DNA of 64,000 nucleotides from an uncultured delta proteobacterium (GCA_963785235.1 CAWAUM010000001.1:384001-448000); one strand, 5' to 3'. Counted from the first letter of the stretch, positions 51,772 to 62,435 are shown. Numbers and translations: made by a program. Notes: generated from the letters alone by a model not told the origin.

Positions 51772-52749
51772 TCAACCCTTGAGGCTCAGTGCCGCTTCGA
51801 TGAAGGCATCCAGGTTTTCCGCAGGGGTTTCGGGTGGAAGGTCGCAGCCGGATGAAAGGATGAAACGCTCCCCTTTCATGGCAAGAACCAAACTCAAAAC
51901 CTTTTCCCTGACCATTCCGGGTGTGCCCTTGAGCATGACATCCACCGGGTCAATGTTGCCGAGCAGTGTCTTGGCCTTGAGCAGCGGTGTTTCATCGAGG
52001 ATTTTCCTGAAATCAACAGGCGCGTCAAGACTCAGGCCGAAGAGGTGCTCGGTCCCGGCAAAGGCCTCGCACAACCGGCTGGTGTCTCCGCATACATGCA
52101 TGATGGGCGAGGGGAGTTGCGAAGCTATGCCATCGAGATGGGTTCTGATGGAGTTTGTGAAGACCGCAGGCGGGAAGGCCATGATCTGCGGCTCGAGCAT
52201 GATGATGGCCTGTGCGCCTGCCTCAGCCAATGCCTTGGCATAGGGCGTGATGACAGCTGCACACCGATCAAGGATCCGTGCGAACCCCGGGGCATCCTTC
52301 AGGGCGGCCCTTATCAGTGCGGGCAGGCCCATGAGGTGGGCCGCCACCGTCACTGGTCCCACCACGAAGGCTGCCACCGGCTTGTTGGTCAGGCGGGTAA
52401 GATTTCTGACAGCCTTGATGCCCACCTGCATGGGAGGCGCATCATCGGGCTCAGGAAACCTGAGGCGGTCCACAGCATCGGCGTCTGTACAGATGTGGCC
52501 GGTTATCACCGGGACCCTGCCTTTGAACTCCCAGGGGCACCCGAGTGTACGCGCCTCCACCGAGGTGTCCATGAGCGGTGCTGCAATGTCGATGTCCGGG
52601 AAGCGTTTTAGGAAAGCTGCGAGCGCCTCGGCCTGGGTCTCGGGATTGTGGATGGCCTCCTCGGCCGGGACCCCGGCCAGGCGTATTCCCATGGAAGATG
52701 CAATGGGCGCGATGCAGGGGAAGGGGATGTCTTTTATGCCCATGTTCAC
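51772..52749 (-). CDS. UROD/MtaA-family methylcobamide:thiol methyltransferase-like protein
   Basis: SVEARTLG, GPVT, MHVCG, GNIDP, ILSSGCDLP (H-X-C...C zinc ligands). Confidence 0.85.
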   Translation of the reverse strand: MNMGIKDIPFPCIAPIASSMGIRLAGVPAEEAIHNPETQAEALAAFLKRFPDIDIAAPLMDTSVEARTLGCPWEFKGRVPVITGHICTDADAVDRLRFPEPDDAPPMQVGIKAVRNLTRLTNKPVAAFVVGPVTVAAHLMGLPALIRAALKDAPGFARILDRCAAVITPYAKALAEAGAQAIIMLEPQIMAFPPAVFTNSIRTHLDGIASQLPSPIMHVCGDTSRLCEAFAGTEHLFGLSLDAPVDFRKILDETPLLKAKTLLGNIDPVDVMLKGTPGMVREKVLSLVLAMKGERFILSSGCDLPPETPAENLDAFIEAALSLKG

Positions 52750-53393
52750 GCCGCCTTGCTGTAGGAGGTGAAGATCCGCAATGCATCGATGGCGGTCTCG
52801 CCGTAGGCGTCCGCCCCCATCTCACGGCACAGGGCCTCAGAGGTGCAGGCCCCTCCGATGACGATCTTCACGGCATCCCGCAGTCCCGCCTTTGCGCTCA
52901 TTTCCACCACGTCGCGGATGCTCCCCACCATGGTGGTGAGCAGGGCGGAGAGCCCTATGAACCGTGCCCCGGTGGCCTTGGCCGTTTCAATGATGCGCTG
53001 TGCAGGCACGTCCACCCCCAGGTCGATGACCTCGAACCCGTTGGCAGACAGGATCATGCCAACGATGTTCTTGCCGATCTCGTGAATGTCTCCGGCCACC
53101 GTTGCCAGGATAACCTTGCCGCGCAGGCTTGCTTCATCAGGGTTCATACGTGCCTTGAGAGCCGGCATGGCCTCCCGCACCACCTCGCCTGCCATGACGA
53201 GGTCTGCCAGGAAGTATTCACCCGACTCGAATTTTTTACCCACGATCTCAAGCCCTTTGCTGATGCCGTCCTGGATGATCTCCTCGGGCGCTAAGCCTTC
53301 TGCGAGGGCCTTCTCCACCAGGGGGATTATGGCATCGATATCCAGTTCGTCGATGGCCTTTACAATGGCTGCGATTGCATCCTTCATGGGCAT
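52746..53393 (-). CDS. Corrinoid (B12-binding) methyl-carrier protein
   Basis: Cap domain FESGEYFLADL; GDIHEIGKNIV, DLGVDV, SALLTT, IGGA. Confidence 0.93.
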   Translation of the reverse strand: MPMKDAIAAIVKAIDELDIDAIIPLVEKALAEGLAPEEIIQDGISKGLEIVGKKFESGEYFLADLVMAGEVVREAMPALKARMNPDEASLRGKVILATVAGDIHEIGKNIVGMILSANGFEVIDLGVDVPAQRIIETAKATGARFIGLSALLTTMVGSIRDVVEMSAKAGLRDAVKIVIGGACTSEALCREMGADAYGETAIDALRIFTSYSKAA

Positions 53394-53442
53394 CTCTCCT
53401 CTCTTTTCATCATAAGGTTTGCGTATACAAAACCATGGCCTT

Positions 53443-54612
53443 TTAGGAAACGGCTATAGGGTACGAACCGTAGCGAGCCACGGCATCGACCATGACGGTA
53501 AGCTTGTGCGCCGGGATGCTGCTCAGGCTGTGGACCGGCGAGATAATGAACCGTCCGCCGGGCCCCAGCTCGGCTATGAGCTTCTTCACGCTGTCCACCA
53601 CCTCGTGGTCTTTCGAGCGGTCCGTAAGGAGGTAATCAACGCCCACGCCCCCGATCATGGTCACCTTGTCCCCGTGGATCTTCTTCTCATGGAAGATGTC
53701 CACATTCGAGGTGTTCTCATAGGCGTGCAGCCCGTCGACGCCCCAGGAGATGAAGGTGTCGAAGAGCAGCGTGTTGTCGCCGCACGAGTGGAGAACATAC
53801 TTGCCGCCGCGGTCATGGACCGCCTTGATGATGCGCCGGTAGGGCCCTCCAAAGAGCTCGTCGATGAGTTTCGGGTTCATGATGGGGCCGCTCTTGAAGG
53901 CGAAGTCGTCGCTCTGGAGGACGACCGGTATGCCTGCATCGAGCATGGCCATGGCGGTCTTGAGGCTGACCTCTTCGCACAGGTCGATGAAGCGCTTGAC
54001 GAGATCTTTCTCCCTCCTGATCCACAGCGGCAGCCGTTCGATGCCGATAGCCCAGTACAGGGACTCCTGGATGCCGTATGCCGAGGACTGGCCAAAGAGG
54101 CAGATCCTCTCGCCGTACTTGGCCACCATCTTTTTGAAGAACCGGTAGGTGCTCTGGGCGAGCCGGTCCGGGTCGGGCCAGTAAGGCCAGGACTCGAAAT
54201 CTTCCCTGCTCTTGATGCCCGGGCAGCGGTACATGTAGGTCATATTGCCGAGCCCGTCGGGCTGCAGGTTGAAGATGGATCCGGTGCAGCGGGCCATGGT
54301 GTTGTGGTTGAGTATGGTGAAGGTTTCGTCCAGGATGGCCCAGGTGGAGTCGAAACCAAGCTCGCAGGCTGCCTTGATACGCTTTTCCATGGCGCGGTTG
54401 ATCTCCGGCTGGACGATGGGTCTGGTCAGCTTCGGCCCCCAGCGGTCAAGGATGAATCGGGTAAACGGGTTGTTGAGCTGCTTCTCCTGGGATACGAGAG
54501 GCTTGCCCAGCACCTCGTTGAAGGTACTGTCTTCCACCATGGCGCAGAACGTGGGGACACGGTCTACGGGTTTGCCTTCGAAAGTGCGGAGAACGCGTTC
54601 CTTGGGGTGCAT
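53443..54612 (-). CDS. Uroporphyrinogen decarboxylase-superfamily protein (candidate substrate-specific methyltransferase)
   Basis: ERVLR....VDRVP, SDDFAFKSGPIMNP, LHSCGD, GGRFIISPVHS; GAGGAGG RBS. Confidence 0.85.
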   Translation of the reverse strand: MHPKERVLRTFEGKPVDRVPTFCAMVEDSTFNEVLGKPLVSQEKQLNNPFTRFILDRWGPKLTRPIVQPEINRAMEKRIKAACELGFDSTWAILDETFTILNHNTMARCTGSIFNLQPDGLGNMTYMYRCPGIKSREDFESWPYWPDPDRLAQSTYRFFKKMVAKYGERICLFGQSSAYGIQESLYWAIGIERLPLWIRREKDLVKRFIDLCEEVSLKTAMAMLDAGIPVVLQSDDFAFKSGPIMNPKLIDELFGGPYRRIIKAVHDRGGKYVLHSCGDNTLLFDTFISWGVDGLHAYENTSNVDIFHEKKIHGDKVTMIGGVGVDYLLTDRSKDHEVVDSVKKLIAELGPGGRFIISPVHSLSSIPAHKLTVMVDAVARYGSYPIAVS

Positions 54613-54659
54613 GGCAGCCTCCTCATTTTTTGAAAAATTTCGGATGCCTTATTTAACGC

Positions 54660-54715
54660 AGCATAGAGGCGGAAGGCATGTTTGTCAAGAATAAATTGGT
54701 AAGACCAATTTATTC
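54660..54715 (-). promoter_or_regulatory. Sigma70 promoter with a FadR-subfamily (PdhR/LldR-type) operator
   Basis: Perfect palindrome GAATAAATTGGT-AAG-ACCAATTTATTC (54689-54715) abuts TTGACA (54688-54683)-N17-TATGCT (54665-54660). Confidence 0.85.
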
Positions 54716-54775
54716 CCGGAAGAACAGGGATATGCCCTGAAGGACTGAACACATAGGGTTGAATCTTGCCATGAT

Positions 54776-55525
54776 TCAGGGCGTTTTTAAAGGGATCGTG
54801 CGTCTCCCGGCCTTCAGGTCCAGTGCGGTGAGCAGTCTTTTTTCTGCATCGATTACTGCATCATCCATGATGCGTGCCGCATTGTCCGGGTCTTTGCTGC
54901 TGATCGCGGCAGTCAGGTCATTGACGAAAGCGATGGTTGCCTGCGCAGAATCGGGCAGATTGTAGTAAATGTCCGTATAATACCGGTAGATGGGCTTGAA
55001 CGAGTTGAAGAGGAGCTGAAAGATGAGGTCTTTTGTCATCCTGGCGAGTAAGGAATGGAACTGAAAATCGCTCTCGGAGATTTTTGCAGTACCCTTGCCA
55101 TGTCTCCCCAGTGCCTTTATCAGGACCTCTCCTGCAATGCGGAACTCTTCGATATCATCGGGCCCGGCCATGAGGGCGGCCTGGCTTGCATAAAAAGGTG
55201 CGGTAATCCGTCTGAATCTGAGCAGGGATATGAGCACCCCGGAATCAATGACCTCGGTGGTCTTCATGATGTGGACAAGCAGGTCAAGCGATCCCTCTGT
55301 CTGGTAGTCGGTGACATAGGTCCCGCTCTGGGCAAGGGTCTTTACCAGGCCGAGTTCGCTCAAATGGGCCACAGCCTCCCTCACGGCCGGTCGGCTTGCA
55401 GTGTATATGCGGGCGAGCTCGCGCTCGGAGGGAAACCTGGAGTGCGGCTTGTAAAGGCCACTGAGAATCGCCTTTTCCAGCTCGAGAAAGATCTTGTGTG
55501 AAACACGTAAGGGCATGGACGACAC
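54776..55525 (-). CDS. GntR/FadR-family transcriptional regulator
   Basis: FPSERELA....SRPAVREA, GTYV; FCD domain DFQFH. Confidence 0.92.
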   Translation of the reverse strand: MSSMPLRVSHKIFLELEKAILSGLYKPHSRFPSERELARIYTASRPAVREAVAHLSELGLVKTLAQSGTYVTDYQTEGSLDLLVHIMKTTEVIDSGVLISLLRFRRITAPFYASQAALMAGPDDIEEFRIAGEVLIKALGRHGKGTAKISESDFQFHSLLARMTKDLIFQLLFNSFKPIYRYYTDIYYNLPDSAQATIAFVNDLTAAISSKDPDNAARIMDDAVIDAEKRLLTALDLKAGRRTIPLKTP

Positions 55526-55808
55526 CTTTCCTTAATAATTCCATAATGATCTAGACCATAGCCGGTCCAGCGTCAATCTCAACCGTGATGGCGTGGTATG
55601 GATTACCTGGGCCGGTTCTCCAGACATTACAACAACGTGATGAGATTGCAGGAATCACTGGTATTAGAAAATTGTATCTGATTCCACTTTATGCCACCTC
55701 GTTTATTCATTTACAAGTCCTGGGTTGATTTTGCTTTTCCAGGCCATATAAGAAAAGAAAGAAGTATTTATTAATAATAATGAGGAAAAGAGAACACTGG
55801 CCCCAATC

Positions 55809-56363
55809 ATGAAGACGTATGCTGAGATGGGAAGGAAACTCCTCAACATAATTCTGTTTCAGGCGGTTTGGTTCGCAGCAGTGCTGGGGGCTGCAGGCGG
55901 AAATGACTGGTATGGGCCGCTGGCGGTGGCGCTGGTGCTTTTGGTGCATTTCGTGCTCACGGAAGACCGCCTAAGTGAGCTGAGTTTGCTGCTTGTAGCT
56001 GGAATTCTCGGATTCTGTTTCGATACAGCGCTGTCGGTCGCTGAAATCGTCACCCCCCGGGGAGATATCCTGCCCCATCCGCTCAGCCAGCCCTGGATGA
56101 TCTCCCTCTGGCTCAATTTCGCAGCCACGCTCAATGTATCTCTGGAATGGCTCAAGGGGCGCTACCTGTTGGCGGCAATTTTCGGCGCTGTCGGAGGGAC
56201 CTGCGCCTACTACGGCGGCGCACGGCTGGGAGCGACACTGGCGCTGCCGGATGTCCATGGTATCATCATTCTGGCAGTGGGTTGGGGGATCGTGACACCG
56301 ATTCTGGTGTGGCTGGCGGGGAGGTTTCAGAAGAAAGACTTCCCTTCAAAAACAGTTCCATGA
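55809..56363 (+). CDS. DUF2878-family membrane protein
   Basis: NIILFQAVW, PWMISLWLNFAATLN.SL.WL, AYYGGARLGA. Confidence 0.8.
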   Translation: MKTYAEMGRKLLNIILFQAVWFAAVLGAAGGNDWYGPLAVALVLLVHFVLTEDRLSELSLLLVAGILGFCFDTALSVAEIVTPRGDILPHPLSQPWMISLWLNFAATLNVSLEWLKGRYLLAAIFGAVGGTCAYYGGARLGATLALPDVHGIIILAVGWGIVTPILVWLAGRFQKKDFPSKTVP

Positions 56364-56393
56364 GAACACCTCACATACGGAAGGAAGGAAAGC

Positions 56394-56798
56394 ATGATGA
56401 AGGTCATCTATCTCTATTTTCTCACAATACCTGTATTTTTCGGGATCGATATGATCTGGCTCGGGTTTGTGGCAAAGGGGTTTTACCACAAGAATCTGGG
56501 TCATCTGCTCCGGCCGGATGTCAACTGGACCGCCGCACTTGTCTTCTATCTGCTGTACATCGGCGGTATCCTGATCTTTGCAACTATGCCGGCACTGGAG
56601 AAAAATTCGCTGTATCAGGCAGTTGTTCTCGGGGGGTTGTTCGGTTTCTTCGCCTATGCCACCTATGACTTAACTAACATGGCCACCCTGAAGGACTGGC
56701 CGCTCAATGTCGTTATAGTGGATATCATCTGGGGCATAGTGCTGACTGCAAGCGTTGCGGCGGCGAGCTTCCTGATCGGCCGATGGCTCATGACTTGA
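56394..56798 (+). CDS. DUF2177-family membrane protein
   Basis: IDMIWLG, FYLLY, YATYDLTNMATLKDWP, DIIWG. Confidence 0.85.
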   Translation: MMKVIYLYFLTIPVFFGIDMIWLGFVAKGFYHKNLGHLLRPDVNWTAALVFYLLYIGGILIFATMPALEKNSLYQAVVLGGLFGFFAYATYDLTNMATLKDWPLNVVIVDIIWGIVLTASVAAASFLIGRWLMT

Positions 56799-56823
56799 GA
56801 GAAGAGCTGCAAGGGGTGATTCA

Positions 56824-57603
56824 ATGAAACTGGCCAATACCTTTTTAAGCGCTGCACTGATCGTGTTCCTGTACATGACGGCATTATACCTGCTGGCTCT
56901 CAGGCGCAAGGACAACAGTATTGCCGATGTGGCCTGGGGTTCGGGTTTTATACTCGTGGCCTGGTTCACCTTTCTTTTGTACGGTTCCTTTACCGTGCGG
57001 CAACTCACAGCTTGTTTTCTGGTATTGATCTGGGGGCTCAGGCTCTCCGTCAGGATCTATCTGCGCAACAGAGGTAAAGGGGAAGATGCACGGTACCGGA
57101 AGTGGCGGGAGGAATGGGGCAAGTCTTTTATCATAAGGAGCTATCTCCAGGTTTTCCTCCTGCAGGGAGGAATCCTGATTCTGAACATTACCCCTGTTCT
57201 TTTCATCAATACCTATGCCGCGGGTAACCCGGGTCTGATGGACTTGCTGGGAGTGTCTCTGTGGGTGATGGGTTTCTGCTTCGAGTCTGTTGCCGACTGG
57301 CAGCTGGACAGGTTCATCAAGAACCCGGATAACCGGGGTAAAATCATGGACCAGGGCCTTTGGCGTTATTCAAGACACCCAAACTACTTCGGCGAAGTCA
57401 CCATGTGGTGGGGCATATATATACTGGCTTTATCAGTACCCTGGGGTTGGGCATCCATTATCGGACCACTCACGATAAGCTACATAATCCTGTTTGTGTC
57501 CGGGGTTCCTATGACGGAAAGATTCATGGAGGACAATCCGGCATTCGCTGACTACAAAAGACGAACGAGTGCATTTTTCCCCTGGTTTCCGGGAAAGGAT
57601 TGA
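56824..57603 (+). CDS. DUF1295 / steroid 5-alpha-reductase-like membrane protein
   Basis: DNSIADVAWG, GEDARY, GLWRYSRHPNYFGE, RTSAFFPW. Confidence 0.88.
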   Translation: MKLANTFLSAALIVFLYMTALYLLALRRKDNSIADVAWGSGFILVAWFTFLLYGSFTVRQLTACFLVLIWGLRLSVRIYLRNRGKGEDARYRKWREEWGKSFIIRSYLQVFLLQGGILILNITPVLFINTYAAGNPGLMDLLGVSLWVMGFCFESVADWQLDRFIKNPDNRGKIMDQGLWRYSRHPNYFGEVTMWWGIYILALSVPWGWASIIGPLTISYIILFVSGVPMTERFMEDNPAFADYKRRTSAFFPWFPGKD

Positions 57604-57652
57604 ATACGAAAGTGCATGGTATTTATTCTGCAAAGGGAGATAAGGTGGATGT

Positions 57653-58282
57653 ATGAACAGTAAAACACGGAAACTTCTTCTCTTAAGCATTATTATGACA
57701 GCCCTCTTGATGACAGCCCTCTTGATCCCCTTACCGAACAACATCGCCCTGGCAGGCTCGGATAAGGGTCAGTCCGCCGGCACGATCACCATCTCAGGGG
57801 TTGTGATGGATAAGACAGTTCAAATAGACGGCTATTCATGTGACTTGATCGGGGCAGGACTGCTCCGCTATCGGACTGTGTTCAAGGCATATGTGGCAGC
57901 CCTCTATCTGGGGAAAAAGCATACCTCTTCAGACCTGTTCAAAGACATCCCCAAGAGCCTGGTGATCGAGTACTTCCATGGGATTGCTGCCCAGGATTTC
58001 ATTTCAGCCACCCAGCAGGGTTTCATGAATAACCTCTCCAAGGATCAACTGGAGGCAATCAATGAACGAGCCAAGACCCTCTATTCCCTTTACCGTGATG
58101 TCAAGCCGAAGGATAGATATTCTTTTACATACATACCAGGTATAGGCTCACAAATAGCCCTGAATGGAAAGGTTTTAGGGACCATCAAGGGACTTGATTT
58201 TTCAAACGCCATGCTGTCCATCTGGCTTGGTCCTAATCCGCTGGATCAGAACCTGAAAAAAGCTCTTCTGGGCAAGAATTAA
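57653..58282 (+). CDS. Chalcone-isomerase-like (fatty-acid-binding) exported protein
   Basis: GAGLLRY..FKAYVAALY, LNG...GTI...DF..AMLSIWLG.NP...LKKALLG. Confidence 0.8.
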   Translation: MNSKTRKLLLLSIIMTALLMTALLIPLPNNIALAGSDKGQSAGTITISGVVMDKTVQIDGYSCDLIGAGLLRYRTVFKAYVAALYLGKKHTSSDLFKDIPKSLVIEYFHGIAAQDFISATQQGFMNNLSKDQLEAINERAKTLYSLYRDVKPKDRYSFTYIPGIGSQIALNGKVLGTIKGLDFSNAMLSIWLGPNPLDQNLKKALLGKN

Positions 58283-58494
58283 AAGATTCTCTATAAAAAG
58301 CATAAGAGGTTCTGCCAGGGTTGCATAACGAGAAGAAGGTATACATATGCAGATGCCTTCACTCTTCTCAGGGGTACCTCTTGAGGAAACATAAAAACGA
58401 AGCTCCTTGAGCTTGATTTTCTCTTACGTCTTTCTTACTTTGTATTATATTGTCTTATTACTGAGGAGTTATACCTTAGGCGGGGGAACAAGTA

Positions 58495-59752
58495 ATGAAA
58501 ATAGCGGTCGTGGGTGCAGGTGTTGCAGGCATTGTTTCATCCTATCTCCTTCAAAGACAGCACGACATAACGTTATATGACAAGAATGACTACATTGGCG
58601 GCCATACCCACACCATTGTCCTTGAGAGCGGAGAAGATGCGGGTACACCTGTGGATACCGGCTTCATCGTGTTCAATGAGAAGACATACCCCAACTTCCT
58701 GCGTTTCCTTGCACAGCTCGGGGTTGAAAAGCAGAACAGCACCATGTGCTTCAGCTATTATGATGAAAGAACAGGTCTTACCTATGGGAGTGAAACCCTT
58801 GACACCCTATTTGCACAGCGCATCAATACCTGCAAGCCATCCTTCTGGATGATGATCTTCGGAATCCTCCACTTCAATCGCCATACTCCGAAACGCCTGC
58901 ATGAAGGAAGGCTGCGGGGATTCACCATGGGTGAGTATCTCTCGAGTTGCCGGTACAACCCCCACTTCATCGAGAAATATCTTCTTCCTATGTGTGCCTC
59001 AGTCTGGTCAGCACCTGATGTACGGATGCTTGAGTTTCCCATGGAAACCTTTGCGCGATTCTTTTTAAACCACGGCCTTTTCTCCATCATCAAGCACCCC
59101 CAGTGGTACACGGTGAAAGGGGGGAGCCACGAATACGTCAAGGCATTTTTAAAAACATTTCAAAGGGCGTGTTCTTCCAAACACTCCAGTGCAGGGAATC
59201 CGAAGAGAAAACGGCAAGGTGTTCGTAAAGGCCAAGGATGGCAGCGAAGAGGCTTATGATAAAGTCGTGCTTGCCTGCCATGCAGACGAGTCGCTGCGCA
59301 TACTTGCCGATCCATCGCCGGAAGAGTCTCGACTTCTGACTCCCTGGACGTATTCCTTCAACAGGACTGTCCTTCACACAGATACATCTTTTCTCCCTTC
59401 CCATCAAAAGGTCTGGTCTTCATGGAATTATGTACGCTCATCAGAGGTACAATCAGGTTCGCCTGTCATGCTCACCTATCACATGAACCGATTGCAGAAC
59501 CTCTCAACCAAGAACCAATACTGTGTAACCCTTAACCCCAAGAGATCGGTGGAACAAGGCCATGTTATCAGAGATATGGTCTACACCCACCCGATTTATT
59601 CGCCTGAGGCCTTATCTTCGCAGGCGGAGATCAATAAGATGAGCGGACAGAGGAACACTTATTACTGCGGGAGTTATCTGGGATACGGTTTTCACGAGGA
59701 TGCAGTGAAGTCTGCAGTGGCCGTAGCGAGGTCATTGGGTATCGAGTTATGA
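58495..59752 (+). CDS. FAD-dependent oxidoreductase of cfa clusters (UfaD-like desaturase); frameshift near 59160
   Basis: KIAVVGAGVAG, GGHTHT, VDTGFIVFN..TYPNF, FFLNHGL; second frame WSSWNY, YHMNRLQ, YTHP, GYGFHEDA. Confidence 0.85.
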
Positions 59753-61749
59753 GGTCAAGGATTTACGAAGGCTTTGTTGAGCACATCCGGTTAAAGCCTG
59801 TCTTTCACAGGCTGAGATATCCCCTGTACTTTTACTGCATCGACCTGGACGAACTCTTTGAGATGGATAAAAAGCTTCCCCTTTTCGGCTACAACTGCAT
59901 GCGGCCTGTATCCATCCATGACGCCGATTACCTTGATGGCGGGGCAGGCCCGATCAAGGATAAGGTCATGCACCTTCTCGGACAAAGCGGCCTTGACTCT
60001 GAAGTCCAACGTATCTTCCTTGTCACACAGCCCAGATACTTTATGAGCATATTCAACCCGGTGAGTTTCTACTACTGTTTTGGAAAAAACGGAAATCTCA
60101 AAGGTGTGGTGACCGAGGTAAACAACACCTTTGGCGAACGGCATGTATACGTTCTGAAGGATGCGCGGGATCAGGGAAATGTCTATCCTGCCGTGTTCAC
60201 CACGGACAAGGCATTTCATGTATCGCCCTTTAACGATGTGAGCGGCAGCTATGAAATGAGCTTCTCTGAGATTGGAGATGAGGTTGACATCCATGTAGAT
60301 CTCATCCGCGATGGTGAGAAGGTATTCGGTGCCCAGCTCTTTGGAAGGGCACGGCCAATGACCACCAAGGAACAGCTCTCTATCATCTTGAGGCACCCCC
60401 TCATACCCCGACTCACCATGGCCAGAATCTACTGGGAAGCGGCCAAGCTTTTCTTCTTGAGGAAGCTATCCTATCACCCTAAACCTTCACCCATGAGCAT
60501 CATGACTATAAAGCGGAACCCACCGACTGCAATGCAACGTTTTATCATGAAGGTGATTGAAAGCCTGCTCGAAGGGATTGAACTGGGCAGACTCGAGCTC
60601 TTGTTGCCGGATGGGAGTACGCACAGCTTCGGAAAAGAATACGGGTCTCTGCAATCTGAGCGCATCCTTGTGAACGACTATGAATTTTTCACACGAATAG
60701 CGTTTCATGGCGATATCGGCCTGGGCGAGGCTTACATGGATGGTCTGTGGGACAGCGATGACCTGACAGGGGTACTCAAACTTCTCATCGAGAACAGGAA
60801 GGCCATATCCGAGGGTAACCTTGCATTCTCAGCTATCTCCCGCAGCCGGAACTACAGGTTGCATCTCTCACGACCCAACACCGTTGCCGGCAGCAAGGAG
60901 AACATTGCAGCTCATTACGATTTGAGCGCCGACTTCTATGCCACCTTCCTGGATGAGACCATGACATATTCCAGCGGGATCTTCAGGTCTGAAGACGAAA
61001 GCCTGGAAGAAGCTCAGCACAATAAGATACAAAGTATTATTGAAAAGGCCGGGATCACAAAAGAAGATCATGTCCTTGAGATCGGGTGCGGCTGGGGAGG
61101 GTTTGCCATAGAAGCTGTCAAGGCGACTGGATGCAGCCTAACCGGCATAACCATCTCAAGAACACAGTATGATTATGCAAAGGAAAGGGTAAAGCACGAA
61201 GGCCTTGAAGACAGGATAGAGATCCTTTTAGAGGACTATCGCACTGTGCGAGGTTCATATGACAAGATCATCTCCATCGAGATGCTCGAAGCTGTGGGGC
61301 ATGATCACCTGGGAAGCTTTTTTGCGATCTGCGATAACCTCCTCAAAACCGACGGCCTGGCAGTGCTCCAGGTAATAACCATCCCGGATGCCCGCTATGA
61401 AACGTATCGGAGTGAGGCGAACTGGATCAACAAACATATCTTCCCAGGCGGACACTTACCTTCGCTCACTGCGCTGTGCAATGCCATGACTGAGCGTTCC
61501 CGCCTCCAGGTTGAGCATGTGGAGAACATCGGCATTCACTATGCCGAGACGCTCAAGCGCTGGCGGCAGCGTTTTATCGCTGCAAAGGATGCGTTGACGA
61601 AGATGGGCTTTGACAGGACTCTGCAGCGTAAATGGATCTACTACTTCTCCATCTGCGAGGCCCAGTTCGGACTGCGCGTGCTGAACAATCTCCAGCTAGT
61701 GCTTACCAGGGAGGGGAACAGCGCTCTGATAAATCAGGGCTCGAAATAA
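59749..61749 (+). CDS. cfa: DUF1365 + cyclopropane-fatty-acyl-phospholipid synthase fusion
   Basis: N-terminal FNPVSFYYC, EVNNTFGERH, KAFHVSPF; C-terminal LGEAYMDG.W, NIAAHYDL, MTYSS, VLEIGCGWG, SIEMLEAVG, IFPGG.LPS. Confidence 0.9.
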   Translation: MRSRIYEGFVEHIRLKPVFHRLRYPLYFYCIDLDELFEMDKKLPLFGYNCMRPVSIHDADYLDGGAGPIKDKVMHLLGQSGLDSEVQRIFLVTQPRYFMSIFNPVSFYYCFGKNGNLKGVVTEVNNTFGERHVYVLKDARDQGNVYPAVFTTDKAFHVSPFNDVSGSYEMSFSEIGDEVDIHVDLIRDGEKVFGAQLFGRARPMTTKEQLSIILRHPLIPRLTMARIYWEAAKLFFLRKLSYHPKPSPMSIMTIKRNPPTAMQRFIMKVIESLLEGIELGRLELLLPDGSTHSFGKEYGSLQSERILVNDYEFFTRIAFHGDIGLGEAYMDGLWDSDDLTGVLKLLIENRKAISEGNLAFSAISRSRNYRLHLSRPNTVAGSKENIAAHYDLSADFYATFLDETMTYSSGIFRSEDESLEEAQHNKIQSIIEKAGITKEDHVLEIGCGWGGFAIEAVKATGCSLTGITISRTQYDYAKERVKHEGLEDRIEILLEDYRTVRGSYDKIISIEMLEAVGHDHLGSFFAICDNLLKTDGLAVLQVITIPDARYETYRSEANWINKHIFPGGHLPSLTALCNAMTERSRLQVEHVENIGIHYAETLKRWRQRFIAAKDALTKMGFDRTLQRKWIYYFSICEAQFGLRVLNNLQLVLTREGNSALINQGSK

Positions 61750-61779
61750 TGCGGTTGAAGGAACTCCACCCGTAAAGGA

Positions 61780-62382
61780 ATGATGGGGTATCATATGGGA
61801 GCTAGAATCTTCATGGGAATGCTGCTGCTGGCCGTGATCGTCCTGGCATACGGCTGCGCTGGCGGCAAGGCCAAGGGCGCCCAGGATATCAGGATCACCT
61901 ATGACGCCCTCAATGAGACAGACCTGGCGAGGATGAAGCACATGGAACATGGAACGCCCTTAGAGCAGGCTGCCATCGAGAGGTTCAAGGAGTTCTACAA
62001 GATTTTTTCTGAGGAGAGAATCAATGCCTCGTTTGCCGAGGTTTACGCCAGGGACGCCTACTTCGAAGACGGAATCAGACAGGTCAAGGGCCGCCAGAAC
62101 ATCAAGGAGTATTTCCTGAGCAACACCGTTTACTTTGACGAATGCACCTTTGACATCAAAGACGTGGCATACAGCCCGGGCAACTACTACTTCAGGTGGA
62201 TCATGCACCTGAAGCTCAAGCGCGACCCGGACAACCCCATGGTGCAGCCCGGTATTTCCCATGTTCGGTTCAACGAGCAGGGTCAGGTCGTATTCCAACA
62301 CGATTACTGGGAAACCCTGGCACTCTTCGAGCGGATCCCGGTCATGGGGAGCGTCATTCGTTGGATCAAGGGAAGAATATGA
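61780..62382 (+). CDS. NTF2/SnoaL-like lipoprotein
   Basis: AYGC lipobox; VYARDAYFED, GISHVRF, QHDYW, IPVMGSVIRWIK. Confidence 0.75.
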   Translation: MMGYHMGARIFMGMLLLAVIVLAYGCAGGKAKGAQDIRITYDALNETDLARMKHMEHGTPLEQAAIERFKEFYKIFSEERINASFAEVYARDAYFEDGIRQVKGRQNIKEYFLSNTVYFDECTFDIKDVAYSPGNYYFRWIMHLKLKRDPDNPMVQPGISHVRFNEQGQVVFQHDYWETLALFERIPVMGSVIRWIKGRI

Positions 62383-62435
62383 ATCATAGTGAAATCAGGA
62401 TATAGTATAGCACTGAAGAGAGGGGGAGATTCGCA

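Noticed and set aside
57695-57724. 15-bp tandem duplication (MTALL x2)
   Set aside because: It is an in-frame duplication within a signal peptide with no evident functional significance.
58427-58460. TGTATTA/TGTCTTA direct repeats upstream of the FAD oxidoreductase as a CarH/LitR-type operator
   Set aside because: Short AT-rich matches with no cognate regulator in the window; too weak to call.
27008-59752. Frameshifts in queG, the methyltransferase, RACo, the FAD oxidoreductase and the surface proteins as programmed frameshifting or phase variation
   Set aside because: They are numerous, hit unrelated genes, and show no shared slippery site or long SSR. Consensus indel error is the simpler explanation; reads are needed to confirm.
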